A program made the translations under genes and the position numbers. Below are positions 55,447 to 64,000 of a stretch of DNA of 64,000 nt, one piece after another. The notes under the pieces were generated by a model, which saw only the letters and a program-made list of their open reading frames with translations, did no database searches and was not told the DNA's origin. The stretch spans positions 1,766 to 65,765 of IMG/VR virus record IMGVR_UViG_2926488731_000001, one strand, 5' to 3'. This DNA comes from a virus. Its lineage: Duplodnaviria; Caudoviricetes. Numbering within the stretch: position 1 is the stretch's first letter; every line of letters starts with the position of its first letter.

Positions 55447-55931
55447 ACTTCTTTCGTCCCCTTTCCGTCATAGATTCGTTCCCCTAAGATTACTAATCTT
55501 CCATCACAACATTTAGTCCTATATTTTTGCGGTTTCTCTGCGACCCTCTTGGTAAAAGCTTCGTAGTTGACTCCGCACACTTCGCACTTATATTCGACAG
55601 CCATTCCGACACAATACCTGCCCGAACTTGCGACGCCTAATCGTAGCAACTCTTGCTCAAACGTAGCGTCGCCATCGCTATGTGGAAGTCCTTTAACGAA
55701 CATCACGTAATGGATTAATTCATGCTTTAGGATATCGATTATTACCTGAGTAGCACCATATTTTATTAAATCGCCACTTAATTCAATCTTGACGATCTCA
55801 TTTCCTACGATTAAACATCGTCCTAAAGTTCGCTTTAGTCGATTGTTAATTTTAATAGGTATCGTTCTACACATTCCGTATTCCTTCGCCAGGAAATCGT
55901 CGGCATGTCGCATTAATTCTTCGTTGGTCAT
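55440..55931 (-). CDS. SprT-like zinc metalloprotease
   Basis: RLKRTLGR, ILKHELIH..., H.D...F, C..C Zn ribbon. Confidence 0.88.
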   Translation of the reverse strand: MTNEELMRHADDFLAKEYGMCRTIPIKINNRLKRTLGRCLIVGNEIVKIELSGDLIKYGATQVIIDILKHELIHYVMFVKGLPHSDGDATFEQELLRLGVASSGRYCVGMAVEYKCEVCGVNYEAFTKRVAEKPQKYRTKCCDGRLVILGERIYDGKGTKEVC

Positions 55932-56104
55932 TTGTGATCAACTCCAATCATCGATAACTTTTAGTAATTCTCTGTACGCCTTAGTCATCCCTTTATAATA
56001 ATCAGCACTATGCCAACTTTCATCACCTTCTGCACGAGCTCTATTTTCTTCTGCTCTCAATAAACGATTAACTATTACACTTCTGAATTTCGTTTTATCA
56101 ATAG

Positions 56105-57049
56105 TCATTCGCGGTCATCTCCTTTTGAATCGTCGATAATTTCACAATCTCCCTCTCCTACCCATCCCGAAGACTCTTTAGTCCATATCGCCCCATCTTC
56201 GTCCACCCCACAAACGGTTTCGATTCTTCCGTCAAAGGTGTGGTCCGGCGCAATAAATTTAATTTTATCGCCCTCACGTACTTTCTTCGGCTGCGGTACG
56301 TTTAAATATTTGCCCGGCACTTCTAGTCCTAACGCACGATGCAATGCGATAACCTTTCCGATGTGTTTATTAAAGCAGTCATCCGGGGCACACTTGGCGA
56401 TTCCTTTCGCCCATACCTTACCGGCTACATATTTTATTAACGCAACGACTGTCCGCTTTTCCCTGTTTATAACAAATTCTACTTCATCCCTCGGGTAGGT
56501 ACAGTTGGGATAAAATGATTCGAGTTCTCCGCAGAGATTTGGCACCATTCTTATTCGGCTTTCTCCCAATAAACGTTTTACATCTTGTTTTGCCTGTTCG
56601 ATAATAAGATCACGCTTTTCCTGCGGCAATTCCTTCGGTCCCTTCGGCGCAACAGTAGCTACCCTTTCCATTTCCGCATCGAATTTGCCTTGCGCGTAAC
56701 CTTCCGCATATGCGGCTTGGCGTAGGACTTCAATCGCTTTTTCTGCGTTCTTTATCGCTTCGTCATATGTTATTTCGGGCATTTCGTATTTAATGCTCAG
56801 CCCCCTGCAACCGAAGATAGCTTTACGTCCGTCCTTCGTTGCAACTACGTAGAGAACGCCATTGTCATCTGGATGCCTTCCTCTGACTAATAAGTTTACA
56901 TCTTCGCCGTTATTTATCAGTTCGGTTCTGTTAACTGCATCGGGATGACCAGCTGCACCAGCGAAAGAGCTAAAGTTCGGATAAGAATGCCCTATGTCTA
57001 TCACAGTCGCCTTACCGTTCACCTTTGTAATATCGAATTTGTTCGTCAT
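56105..57049 (-). CDS. Hypothetical multi-module protein
   Basis: KRTVVAL...GIAKCAPDDCFN.HIGK.IAL.RA motif. Confidence 0.75.
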   Translation of the reverse strand: MTNKFDITKVNGKATVIDIGHSYPNFSSFAGAAGHPDAVNRTELINNGEDVNLLVRGRHPDDNGVLYVVATKDGRKAIFGCRGLSIKYEMPEITYDEAIKNAEKAIEVLRQAAYAEGYAQGKFDAEMERVATVAPKGPKELPQEKRDLIIEQAKQDVKRLLGESRIRMVPNLCGELESFYPNCTYPRDEVEFVINREKRTVVALIKYVAGKVWAKGIAKCAPDDCFNKHIGKVIALHRALGLEVPGKYLNVPQPKKVREGDKIKFIAPDHTFDGRIETVCGVDEDGAIWTKESSGWVGEGDCEIIDDSKGDDRE

Positions 57050-57265
57050 ATTATCGTCTCCCCTTCTCCGTTTTAATTATTTCGATTTATCCAGTGCCCG
57101 TTAATCTTCTGCATAGAATATCCATCGGCATTCGTTCGATATTCCGGACTAACTTCTATTCCTTCGGAGTTAACGAAAATTCTAACCGCCACCGCGTCCG
57201 GAAAATTACTTTTTATCATTTCGTGTAAAGTTCTCACTTTCTTTTCCATTTCGAAATCCCTCCGC

Positions 57266-57652
57266 TCAAAGCCATTCGGCCAGTTCCTTCAAATCCTCTT
57301 GTGTCGTCTCGGTACGCTCTATTTTCGTCTGTTTCGCTTTGTCCGCCAAAATTCGCTGCCATAACGCCTTTCTATACGTCCACATGAATGAAAAGTTGAT
57401 TCCAGCGTATTTCTCCGATGGTGTAAATGTCGAAAAGCATTCGTCAATGAAACGTTTCAACGTCGGAGCATCATGCGTTCCCTTTCGTTTAGTCGTACCG
57501 ATTATATTTGCGATCTGCCCTTGTTCACGTCTCCACGAAGCGTATGGTACGTACTCAACCCCGAATAACCGTTGATGCTCTTCGCATAAATAGTCCGTAA
57601 AGTGACGTGTGTTCCACTTTTCGACTGGAACTTCTGTATAATGTTTCGCCAT
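57266..57652 (-). CDS. Hypothetical protein, possible initiator C-terminal-like domain
   Basis: WNTRHF..YL...LKRFIDECF; position upstream of the loader. Confidence 0.65.
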   Translation of the reverse strand: MAKHYTEVPVEKWNTRHFTDYLCEEHQRLFGVEYVPYASWRREQGQIANIIGTTKRKGTHDAPTLKRFIDECFSTFTPSEKYAGINFSFMWTYRKALWQRILADKAKQTKIERTETTQEDLKELAEWL

Positions 57653-57868
57653 CCTAGCGACCCCTCCTTAGCTTTAATCCATAATAAACACAGTATAGAA
57701 AATGTATATTAATACGAAATACAAAAGCGTAACTATGCTCGCTGCTATAACGTGTATTGTAGAAAATGCCCACGAAATAATTGCGACAGTCATCACGCCA
57801 AAAGCGCCTAGAACGAGTGATAGTAATATTTTTTCGATAATGTTCACCGTATGGACCCCCTCTCGTTA

Positions 57869-58123
57869 TTATTCTGAAATTCGTAACACACGCGTTAATA
57901 TCTTTTTATTTTCGATTACAGCAACTCCCAAAGATTTATTCTCCCTGACTAATCGCTCGTTTTCCTCCTTTAGCGTCTCTATTTCGCGGAACATTGCTAG
58001 GACTAAATTATCTCCGACAAGGTTACGCCAAGTTTCTCCGTGCCGAAGCGCGTAAAAACCTTTACCATCGTCAAGTTCGTTTACAACCGTATATTTACCA
58101 CCATCAAGTTCGATTTTACTCAT
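57869..58123 (-). CDS. Hypothetical protein
   Basis: ALRHGETWRNLVGDNLVLAM. Confidence 0.65.
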   Translation of the reverse strand: MSKIELDGGKYTVVNELDDGKGFYALRHGETWRNLVGDNLVLAMFREIETLKEENERLVRENKSLGVAVIENKKILTRVLRISE

Positions 58124-58385
58124 TCGTCATCGCCTCCATAATCAAAACAGTTTCGACAAATTGGCGTTCCTTCTACGTTTTCCCAACCCTCGGCAAGCTG
58201 ATTTCCGCATCCTACACAAGACATCTGCCAAGAAATTATTTCCCTCAACCGTTTAATTTCCTGCTGCTGTTCCTTTACTCGCTCATCCTGCGAAAAATGT
58301 TCATTAACAAAGTTCTATAATTCTAATCTGTTATCTAGCAAATCATCTACTATTTTATCAATTTCTTCCAACTGTTCCTGTTCGG

Positions 58386-58763
58386 TCATACTGATTCTCC
58401 TTTCAGGGCTTGACGAGCTTTTTCTCCTTTGTCAATCATAACTGTTGGTTCTATTCTTTGTAGGGCAATAAAGTCTATATAGCTACTCTCATCCGCATAA
58501 AATCCCAACGCCTGCCTCAACCGTTCAATCTCCGCCTGTTGCTGATCTACTAGCGAAAGTAAATCCGGAACATCTTCGCGGGCTTCTGCAATGAATTCTG
58601 CGTCATATAATGGTGACAAGCACGCAGAAAAGTCGTACTTACTATTCCCTACGTTGTAATTCGTTTCGTACCGCGATTCTTCGATTATCCAAGGTCCCGG
58701 CGTAGCCTTTTCGACTCGCTCGCGAATAGCCGCTAATTCTACGTTAGACAAACGTTTATTCAT
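58386..58763 (-). CDS. Ead/Ea22-like protein
   Basis: EKATPGPW...DAEFIAEAREDVPDLL. Confidence 0.75.
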   Translation of the reverse strand: MNKRLSNVELAAIRERVEKATPGPWIIEESRYETNYNVGNSKYDFSACLSPLYDAEFIAEAREDVPDLLSLVDQQQAEIERLRQALGFYADESSYIDFIALQRIEPTVMIDKGEKARQALKGESV

Positions 58764-58830
58764 TCCATTAGCCCCACTTCGCATTTAATCGCCTTCCTTT
58801 CGCCTTCCTTTCGCTGTCCATTCATCGTTT

Positions 58831-59154
58831 TTATTTCGTCTGAATGCAATAGCCCTCCGTATTTAAAACTTCGCTTATTTCACGCTTAATTTCCTTGATT
58901 TCCGCCAGCAGTTCCGCCATACTTTCGGCCTCGCTTTCTCGTACTTTCTGCTGCAATATCGATCGCATAGCTTGCTCTATCGTGGTGTGGTACGTGGATT
59001 CCCGCCATTCTTCGCGAAGCTCTGGCGACCTGCCCTCGGCTTTTAGTTTCGGCCAATTTGGCGCCTTCGTTGGGTCGATTATACGTCGCCGCAAAACCGT
59101 AATACACATGGATTCAGAAACTATACGGAAATCTTCGCCTATTTTAATGTCCAT
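58831..59154 (-). CDS. Hypothetical protein
   Basis: DPTKAPNW motif; AGGAGG RBS. Confidence 0.65.
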   Translation of the reverse strand: MDIKIGEDFRIVSESMCITVLRRRIIDPTKAPNWPKLKAEGRSPELREEWRESTYHTTIEQAMRSILQQKVRESEAESMAELLAEIKEIKREISEVLNTEGYCIQTK

Positions 59155-59219
59155 TTGCCTTCCTCCTGCTTTGTATTTGACGTTTATATTTCGCCTGAAT
59201 GTAATAACATTCGTGGCGT

Positions 59220-59576
59220 TTAAAACCCATAATCTTGCGTGCTAATACCTTCGACAGTAATTCCGAGTATTTCCAATGTGTTCCTTATTCCCTCACATAC
59301 CCCAAGACTGTACATCGTCCCCGAGTCATCTTCGCACATCCACATGTTCTTGTAGTATGCGAGCAATTTTTCTTCGGGCGTCTTTTCGATTTCATATCCG
59401 TTAACCATTGCGGCCATTAGCGTTTGCAGATCGATCTTATTCAATGGCATTAAAGATGGATTACCCTTGTATTTATATCCTTCGGCTTTCTTTCGAATAA
59501 CATCTTCCATAATTCCTTGCGTCTCTACGTAAGCTAACGAGTCTGCAACGTCTGTTGTTACTGTTGGTCTGTACAT
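59220..59576 (-). CDS. Hypothetical protein
   Basis: NGYEIEKTPEE motif. Confidence 0.65.
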   Translation of the reverse strand: MYRPTVTTDVADSLAYVETQGIMEDVIRKKAEGYKYKGNPSLMPLNKIDLQTLMAAMVNGYEIEKTPEEKLLAYYKNMWMCEDDSGTMYSLGVCEGIRNTLEILGITVEGISTQDYGF

Positions 59577-60229
59577 TTCGTTTCCTCCTTTAATATCCCC
59601 AGAATGTAATCAAGATACTGTCGTACATGTCCGTTAACAATAACAGCAGCCAATAACGTGCTCATCGTAGTTCCATCGCTCCTTCTGACTGTCATTTTAG
59701 TGTACGGCTTAATTCCATAGATTCTGAAAAACTTTCTATATCTACCATAGTTCGTAAATTGCTCCTTAGACTTGCCACTCACTTTCGCCAATTTTATAAG
59801 AAATTCACTAATGGCTTCGTAAACCGCCAAACCCTGTGGTGTAATCTCTGCGTTCTTATAGCGAGCATTCTCCTTGTAAAGAGGTAGATCATTAACAAGA
59901 TATTTAGCCATCGTACTTTCTAATCTAACTCTTATTGCTCGATATTGACGTTGTTTCTTTTCCTCTTGTGTTTTACCTTCGATAGCTTTTACGACTTCTT
60001 TCGGCGATCCATTTATAGCAATCTTTTTAATCTCCGCAAGCTCATCTTCAAAGTTCTTTGATATCTTGTTAATTTCTATAGTCAGTCTCGTCTCCATCAT
60101 TTCTAAGCTTGACTGTATCCCCCGTACTAACTCGAACATACTCGCTTGCTGCCCCGTTACTTCCCCAATCGCCCCAATTACTTCGTCATTCCTGCCGAAT
60201 ACTTTACTTAAGAAATTTTGTGATGCCAC
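59558..60229 (-). CDS. Hypothetical protein
   Basis: GGAGGGG RBS; GTG start. Confidence 0.65.
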   Translation of the reverse strand: MASQNFLSKVFGRNDEVIGAIGEVTGQQASMFELVRGIQSSLEMMETRLTIEINKISKNFEDELAEIKKIAINGSPKEVVKAIEGKTQEEKKQRQYRAIRVRLESTMAKYLVNDLPLYKENARYKNAEITPQGLAVYEAISEFLIKLAKVSGKSKEQFTNYGRYRKFFRIYGIKPYTKMTVRRSDGTTMSTLLAAVIVNGHVRQYLDYILGILKEETKCTDQQ

Positions 60230-60247
60230 GTTTATCCCCTCCGTACA

Positions 60248-61060
60248 CTAATTAATAATTTCGTAATCTGCTTCGAATATCTCAACACCATTTTGCCGAT
60301 CTATAGCAACGCTCATCTGCCGCCAAAACTCATCTAAGCGTTTAAACTCTCTCTGAAAATTTGGGTCAGCTTCCGCAAGTCTGGCGAAATCTCCTACGTT
60401 CGTGATTATCCAGGAATATTTCTTTTGCCACTCGGATAGTTCTTCGAGTGCCGAGTACATTTCTACGCCGAGTTTTACGCCGTATGGGCGTTCGCTTGTC
60501 GTTGTTGTTTCCAAAGCCTGCCGAGCTAGGTCTGCATCACGTTGTGCCATTCGCTCTCGTTGCTCGGCTTGTTCAGCGCGCTTCTTCGCCGCTTCTGCTT
60601 CTGCCAATGCCTTTTCTTTTTCCGCTATAGCCTTTCGCTCTCTTCGTTTAAATTCTTCGATTTCCCTACGAGACATTTCCGTCAGCTTTTTTGTAGAACC
60701 GTCAGGCATTTCGCGAGGCTTTTCGAGTTCTTCGTCAGTGAATTCCGCTAAAGTTGTTAAAACGGTTATCGATGAGGGTAGTCGGGACCCCGGGGTTCCC
60801 GATTTTTCTGCGAACCTTTCGTAAACCTTAATGAACCTGTTTGCGTGTCGTCGTGTAATGTTTAAACTCTTAGAGCACCAATGCTCCCAACCCTGATACC
60901 CTTCGAATCCATACTCTTTCGGATTGTCTCGAACCCACTTCAGTCTTCTTCCTATCTCGAATATTGCTTCGCCTGCAACACGTTGGTAGGCGTTGATTTC
61001 TGCGGTCATTACGTTCAGGTCTTTCGATAGTTCAGCAATACCGTTCGAAATTTCCGTCAT
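60248..61060 (-). CDS. DUF3102-domain protein
   Basis: GEAIFEIGRRLKWV...W..W...A.RFIKVY; MSRRE coiled coil. Confidence 0.8.
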   Translation of the reverse strand: MTEISNGIAELSKDLNVMTAEINAYQRVAGEAIFEIGRRLKWVRDNPKEYGFEGYQGWEHWCSKSLNITRRHANRFIKVYERFAEKSGTPGSRLPSSITVLTTLAEFTDEELEKPREMPDGSTKKLTEMSRREIEEFKRRERKAIAEKEKALAEAEAAKKRAEQAEQRERMAQRDADLARQALETTTTSERPYGVKLGVEMYSALEELSEWQKKYSWIITNVGDFARLAEADPNFQREFKRLDEFWRQMSVAIDRQNGVEIFEADYEIIN

Positions 61061-61227
61061 GGCTCTCTCCTTTCTAATTCCTCATAATGGCCATCTAACA
61101 AATTCCAAACCCAATCTTTAAACTCTTCTTCTACTTCTTCCTCCGATAAGTCAGATGGCAATTCGACGATCTCTTCTTGTGTGCACCCAGCAAATCCAGT
61201 ATGAAGAAAGAACTTATACGTTTTCAT
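61057..61227 (-). CDS. Small acidic hypothetical protein (56 aa)
   Basis: MKTYKFFLHTGFAGCTQEEIVEL...FKDWVWN; RBS GGGGAG. Confidence 0.65.
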   Translation of the reverse strand: MKTYKFFLHTGFAGCTQEEIVELPSDLSEEEVEEEFKDWVWNLLDGHYEELERREP

Positions 61228-61431
61228 TCCGTTCACTCCCCTTAACAGCGGCCGGCGCCACCTTTTCTTTTTTATTTTAATTTTTTCTTTTGGAACTAAG
61301 ACCCCCTTCGAATAGATACCTCTACGAACACATTCGTTTTCTTATATAGATACGTTCCGACAAAACTTGTTTTTGGCGGTATGTTTTATCTAGTTAAATA
61401 CGATGGTTCTCGTTTAATACTCGTTATTGTT

Positions 61432-61488
61432 AGTGTGACGTATAACCATATATGGCTACGTACCACATGGCGTCAACGTCACATGGTT
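61432..61488. repeat. Short degenerate repeats directly after the HTH stop codon
   Basis: Minus strand CCATGTGACGTTGACG / CCATGTGGTACGTAG / CCATATATGGTTATACG / TCACAC. Confidence 0.6.
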
Positions 61489-61858
61489 AGAATATTCCGA
61501 GGTTACTTATGGGCTTTATCGTATATCTAGCGTTTTCCCAAATGCCGCCTTTTTGCCTTGCGCGAACCTTTTCGACTAAAGGACTGCCGTTCCAACGATA
61601 ATCACACAACGCCCTTATTCGTCTGTTGGCCGTTTCTCTCGTAACTTTAAGCCGGTTAGCTATGAGTTCTTGCGAGGGAAAGCAGTTGCCATCCGCATCC
61701 ATGAACGCTGCCAAGACGCAAAGTGTCTGCCATCTTTCGGCGCCCATATCGGCTATTAGACCGCTGTGAACCGCATCGACGTACATCTTAACGAAGATAC
61801 GCGTCTCGGCCTTGCCGGAAGTTATGGAATATTCTCGCTGTGATTCAACGCTGAGCAA
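61487..61858 (-). CDS. Winged-HTH protein resembling a replication initiator N-terminal domain
   Basis: TLCVLAAFMDADGNCFPSQELIANRLKVTRETANRRIRAL...NARY. Confidence 0.85.
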   Translation of the reverse strand: MLSVESQREYSITSGKAETRIFVKMYVDAVHSGLIADMGAERWQTLCVLAAFMDADGNCFPSQELIANRLKVTRETANRRIRALCDYRWNGSPLVEKVRARQKGGIWENARYTIKPISNLGIF

Positions 61859-61870
61859 TTTCGATCGCCT

Positions 61871-62128
61871 CCTTTACTTTTAATAACGAAAAATGACAAC
61901 GCAGTGGGGTGTGTTTCTCAAAAATATTTTTCGTCCTTACTTATAAACAGGGCCACGGCACTTGCAAATTGCACCATTTTCCCGAAAATAATTTTTTCGC
62001 CTTCACTTAAGACTGGGAAGCGTGCGCCAGAAAACGCACCAAATTTACAAATATATTTTTTCCACCTACTTATAAACAGGAACCGCTATATTCAAAAGTG
62101 CACCATACTTTCGAAATTATTTTTGCTA
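61871..62128 (-). repeat. Tandem array of four ~65-bp promoter-like units
   Basis: Each unit has an A/T tract, a TGGTGC (x3) or CACCCC (x1) box, a 17-19 nt variable spacer and a ..TWAAGT box. Confidence 0.8.
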
Positions 62129-62188
62129 CAGTAAACGACAGGAATATATGGTAAAATGTACTTGTACAAAACATAAGGGGGTTATCGT

Positions 62189-62974
62189 GTGGCTAAAAAG
62201 AAGGAAAAGAAGAAAAAGCCGTTTTATAGGCGGTGGTGGTTTATTGTAATCGCAATATTTTTTATCTTATTTATGATAGGCAGCATGGCCGACCCACCGG
62301 AAGAATCGGCGGAGAAGGCGGAGGATAAGCCAAAAGTCGAGGCAAAAAAGGAAGACAAGGCTGAAGTGGCGAAGGCTGAAAAGAAAGAAGCCAAGGAAGT
62401 AGCGAAGGTAGACAAAGCCGACAAGAAGGAAGAGACGAAATCGAAAGAAGATAAAAAAGAAGTAGCGAAGACGAACGAGAAAAAATCGGAAGAAGTAAAA
62501 GCTAATGAAGTTAAGCCGAAAGAAGAAAAGAAAAAGCCCGAAGCTAAGCCTAAGCAACCAGCATCTTTAGACGACAAAATAAAGAAAACGATTGCAAAAG
62601 TCGATACCAAAGAAACATTGTCCGATCTGCAAGTTAACGATAACTATGGCGTTGACATCGAGGGCGCAAAACTCGCAATCGTAACCTTTAAGGACGAAGT
62701 TGGCCTTAGCGCCAAAATGACGAAAAAGATATTTTTAAGTGACTCCGCGAAATTATTCGAAAGACTGTTCGAAAAGCACTCGGAACTACATAGCGTTACG
62801 CTCAAATGGGAACTTCCGCTCACCGATGCGTATGGAAATTCGGAGCACAGCGAAGTGCTCCGAATAGAATTAGATCGTGCAACAGCCGAAAAGATAAACT
62901 GGGCGGCTTTCGATACGAAAAATTACGAAACCGTTGCGATGCAATATTTCGAGCATCCAGCGTTCAATAGATAA
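62189..62974 (+). CDS. Membrane-anchored extracellular protein with Lys/Glu-rich linker (candidate lysogenic conversion / superinfection exclusion)
   Basis: KKPFYRRWWF plus TM, K/E low-complexity stalk, C-terminal D.YGN domain; extended -10 TGgTAAAAT upstream. Confidence 0.8.
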   Translation: MAKKKEKKKKPFYRRWWFIVIAIFFILFMIGSMADPPEESAEKAEDKPKVEAKKEDKAEVAKAEKKEAKEVAKVDKADKKEETKSKEDKKEVAKTNEKKSEEVKANEVKPKEEKKKPEAKPKQPASLDDKIKKTIAKVDTKETLSDLQVNDNYGVDIEGAKLAIVTFKDEVGLSAKMTKKIFLSDSAKLFERLFEKHSELHSVTLKWELPLTDAYGNSEHSEVLRIELDRATAEKINWAAFDTKNYETVAMQYFEHPAFNR

Positions 62975-62975
62975 G

Positions 62976-63012
62976 AAGAGACCCCGCCGAAAATGACGGG
63001 GTTTTTATTTTT
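62976..63012. terminator. Terminator between the convergent membrane-protein and integrase genes
   Basis: accccg.c-gaaaat-g.cggggt followed by a T-run. Confidence 0.8.
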
Positions 63013-63028
63013 CAGGTGTTAAATCAGC

Positions 63029-64000
63029 TTATAAATACTTTCGTAAATTTTCCGCTACTTCTTCTTTATCCAAGTGCAAATACTGACTCGTTACTGCGAG
63101 ATTGCTATGACCTAATGCACGAGATATGTCCGTTATTTTCGCACCTTTTTCCAAAAGTGATTTTGCGAACCCTCTCCGTAATGCGTGCGGATTTATGTTT
63201 TTTAAACCGTACTGCTTCGCATACTTATTCAAACGTTTTTGAATATTGTTATTCGACGGGCTTGTCGCTATAATCCCGCCTTGCTTTGTGATGAAAACGT
63301 AGGTATTATCCTTCCTATATTCACGCCTAATTAAGTCGTTTTGTTTTATCAAGACAGTTAGCAGACGATGTAACACGTCATCGAATGGCAATAATAATTG
63401 TTCGTGATTCTTCATTATTGCGCCGTCAAGCCGTAGTAACTTTTCCTCGAAATCGATGTGTTTGTTTTCAAGTTGCGCAATCGTTTTTATTCGAATCCCT
63501 GTTCGGTACATCAATAACGCTGCCGTCGCATCCCGTAACTGTACGAAATCCCCTAAATCTAAAACAGAAAGCAAAGCGTTTATGTTATTTTCAGTCGCGC
63601 CCTCCTTGACGTTGCTGTCGACCTTTACCTTAACAGTTTTCCAAAAACGTACTGTAATCCAGCCATTATCGAAACAACGCGACAAGAACGCCTTTAAACA
63701 CTTTACGCGCGTTAATTTCGTTTGCGGACTGACGTCCATACTCGCAAGCCAGTCGTAAATTGAGTCGTTGGTAATTTCGTCTATGTAGTCGATTTTTAAC
63801 GTTTTTCTGAAATGCTTTACGTACACATTATAGTCGCTAATCGTTCTTTCCCGATAACCGCTAATCTCCATCTGACGTGTAACAGTCGCTAATGCTTTTT
63901 CGATAGTCAATCGGTCAGATTCCGGTCTAGACGTTTTGGGAATGGCGAATATATCGGATAAATCTTCGTTGACAGTTAAAATCTGTTTCTTTTTCGTCAA
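63029..64000 (-). CDS. Tyrosine recombinase / phage integrase
   Basis: RD...TGIR, K, HALRR, LGH...Y catalytic set; start at the window edge. Confidence 0.92.
   Translation of the reverse strand: MTKKKQILTVNEDLSDIFAIPKTSRPESDRLTIEKALATVTRQMEISGYRERTISDYNVYVKHFRKTLKIDYIDEITNDSIYDWLASMDVSPQTKLTRVKCLKAFLSRCFDNGWITVRFWKTVKVKVDSNVKEGATENNINALLSVLDLGDFVQLRDATAALLMYRTGIRIKTIAQLENKHIDFEEKLLRLDGAIMKNHEQLLLPFDDVLHRLLTVLIKQNDLIRREYRKDNTYVFITKQGGIIATSPSNNNIQKRLNKYAKQYGLKNINPHALRRGFAKSLLEKGAKITDISRALGHSNLAVTSQYLHLDKEEVAENLRKYL

Larger units (their letters stand above)
1..64000 (-). mobile_element. Near-complete temperate myovirus genome / prophage of a Bacillaceae-type host
   Basis: Complete module order from integrase to endolysin; strong Firmicutes-type RBSs; att sites not visible in the window. 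Confidence 0.93.

Noticed and set aside
61950-61978. Sigma-54 promoter (GGCAC...TTGC) within the second array unit
   Set aside because: The -24/-12 spacing is wrong and the motif is absent from the other units
61871-62128. CRISPR or mini-CRISPR interpretation of the ~65-bp array
   Set aside because: The repeats are degenerate two-box motifs rather than identical palindromic repeats, the spacers are only 17-19 nt, there are no cas genes, and one unit recurs singly as an upstream motif at 51088-51133
62290-62560. Purine-rich repetitive DNA
   Set aside because: Explained by the Lys/Glu/Ala-rich linker coding sequence
62975-64000. attL/attR sites
   Set aside because: Both phage ends fall outside the window, so no direct repeat could be identified

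Overview
The window holds almost the whole genome of a temperate Bacillaceae-type myovirus or prophage, with a phBC6A51-like gene set and a PBSX/Xkd-like contractile tail. Nearly all genes are on the minus strand. From right to left: tyrosine integrase (window edge); a lysogeny membrane protein; an early region with an HTH protein and many small ORFs; DnaC-like loader, DnaB helicase and primase; a divergent XRE repressor / phage sigma factor switch; SSB, PD-(D/E)XK nucleases, PolA and RuvC; RNR, flavodoxin, ThyX, dUTPase and dNMP kinase; ligase, HNH and a multi-TRD C5 methyltransferase; a sigma-region-4 gene pair; an XRE/HicAB cassette; then terminase, head, tail, baseplate, two holins and a GH73+Amidase_3 endolysin cut by the window edge. 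The most unusual signals are non-coding. (1) A tandem array of four ~65-bp promoter-like units at 61871-62128: one matches the motif upstream of the phage's own sigma gene and three carry a different -35-like box. (2) Two parallel 'short HTH gene + repeats + shared downstream motif' modules head the early and late regions. (3) A ~250-nt structured RNA lies upstream of ssb. (4) Antisense promoters point into the sigma gene. (5) Three genes appear to start at ATA/ATC. Protein family calls rest on motif recognition and synteny only; no database searches were run.
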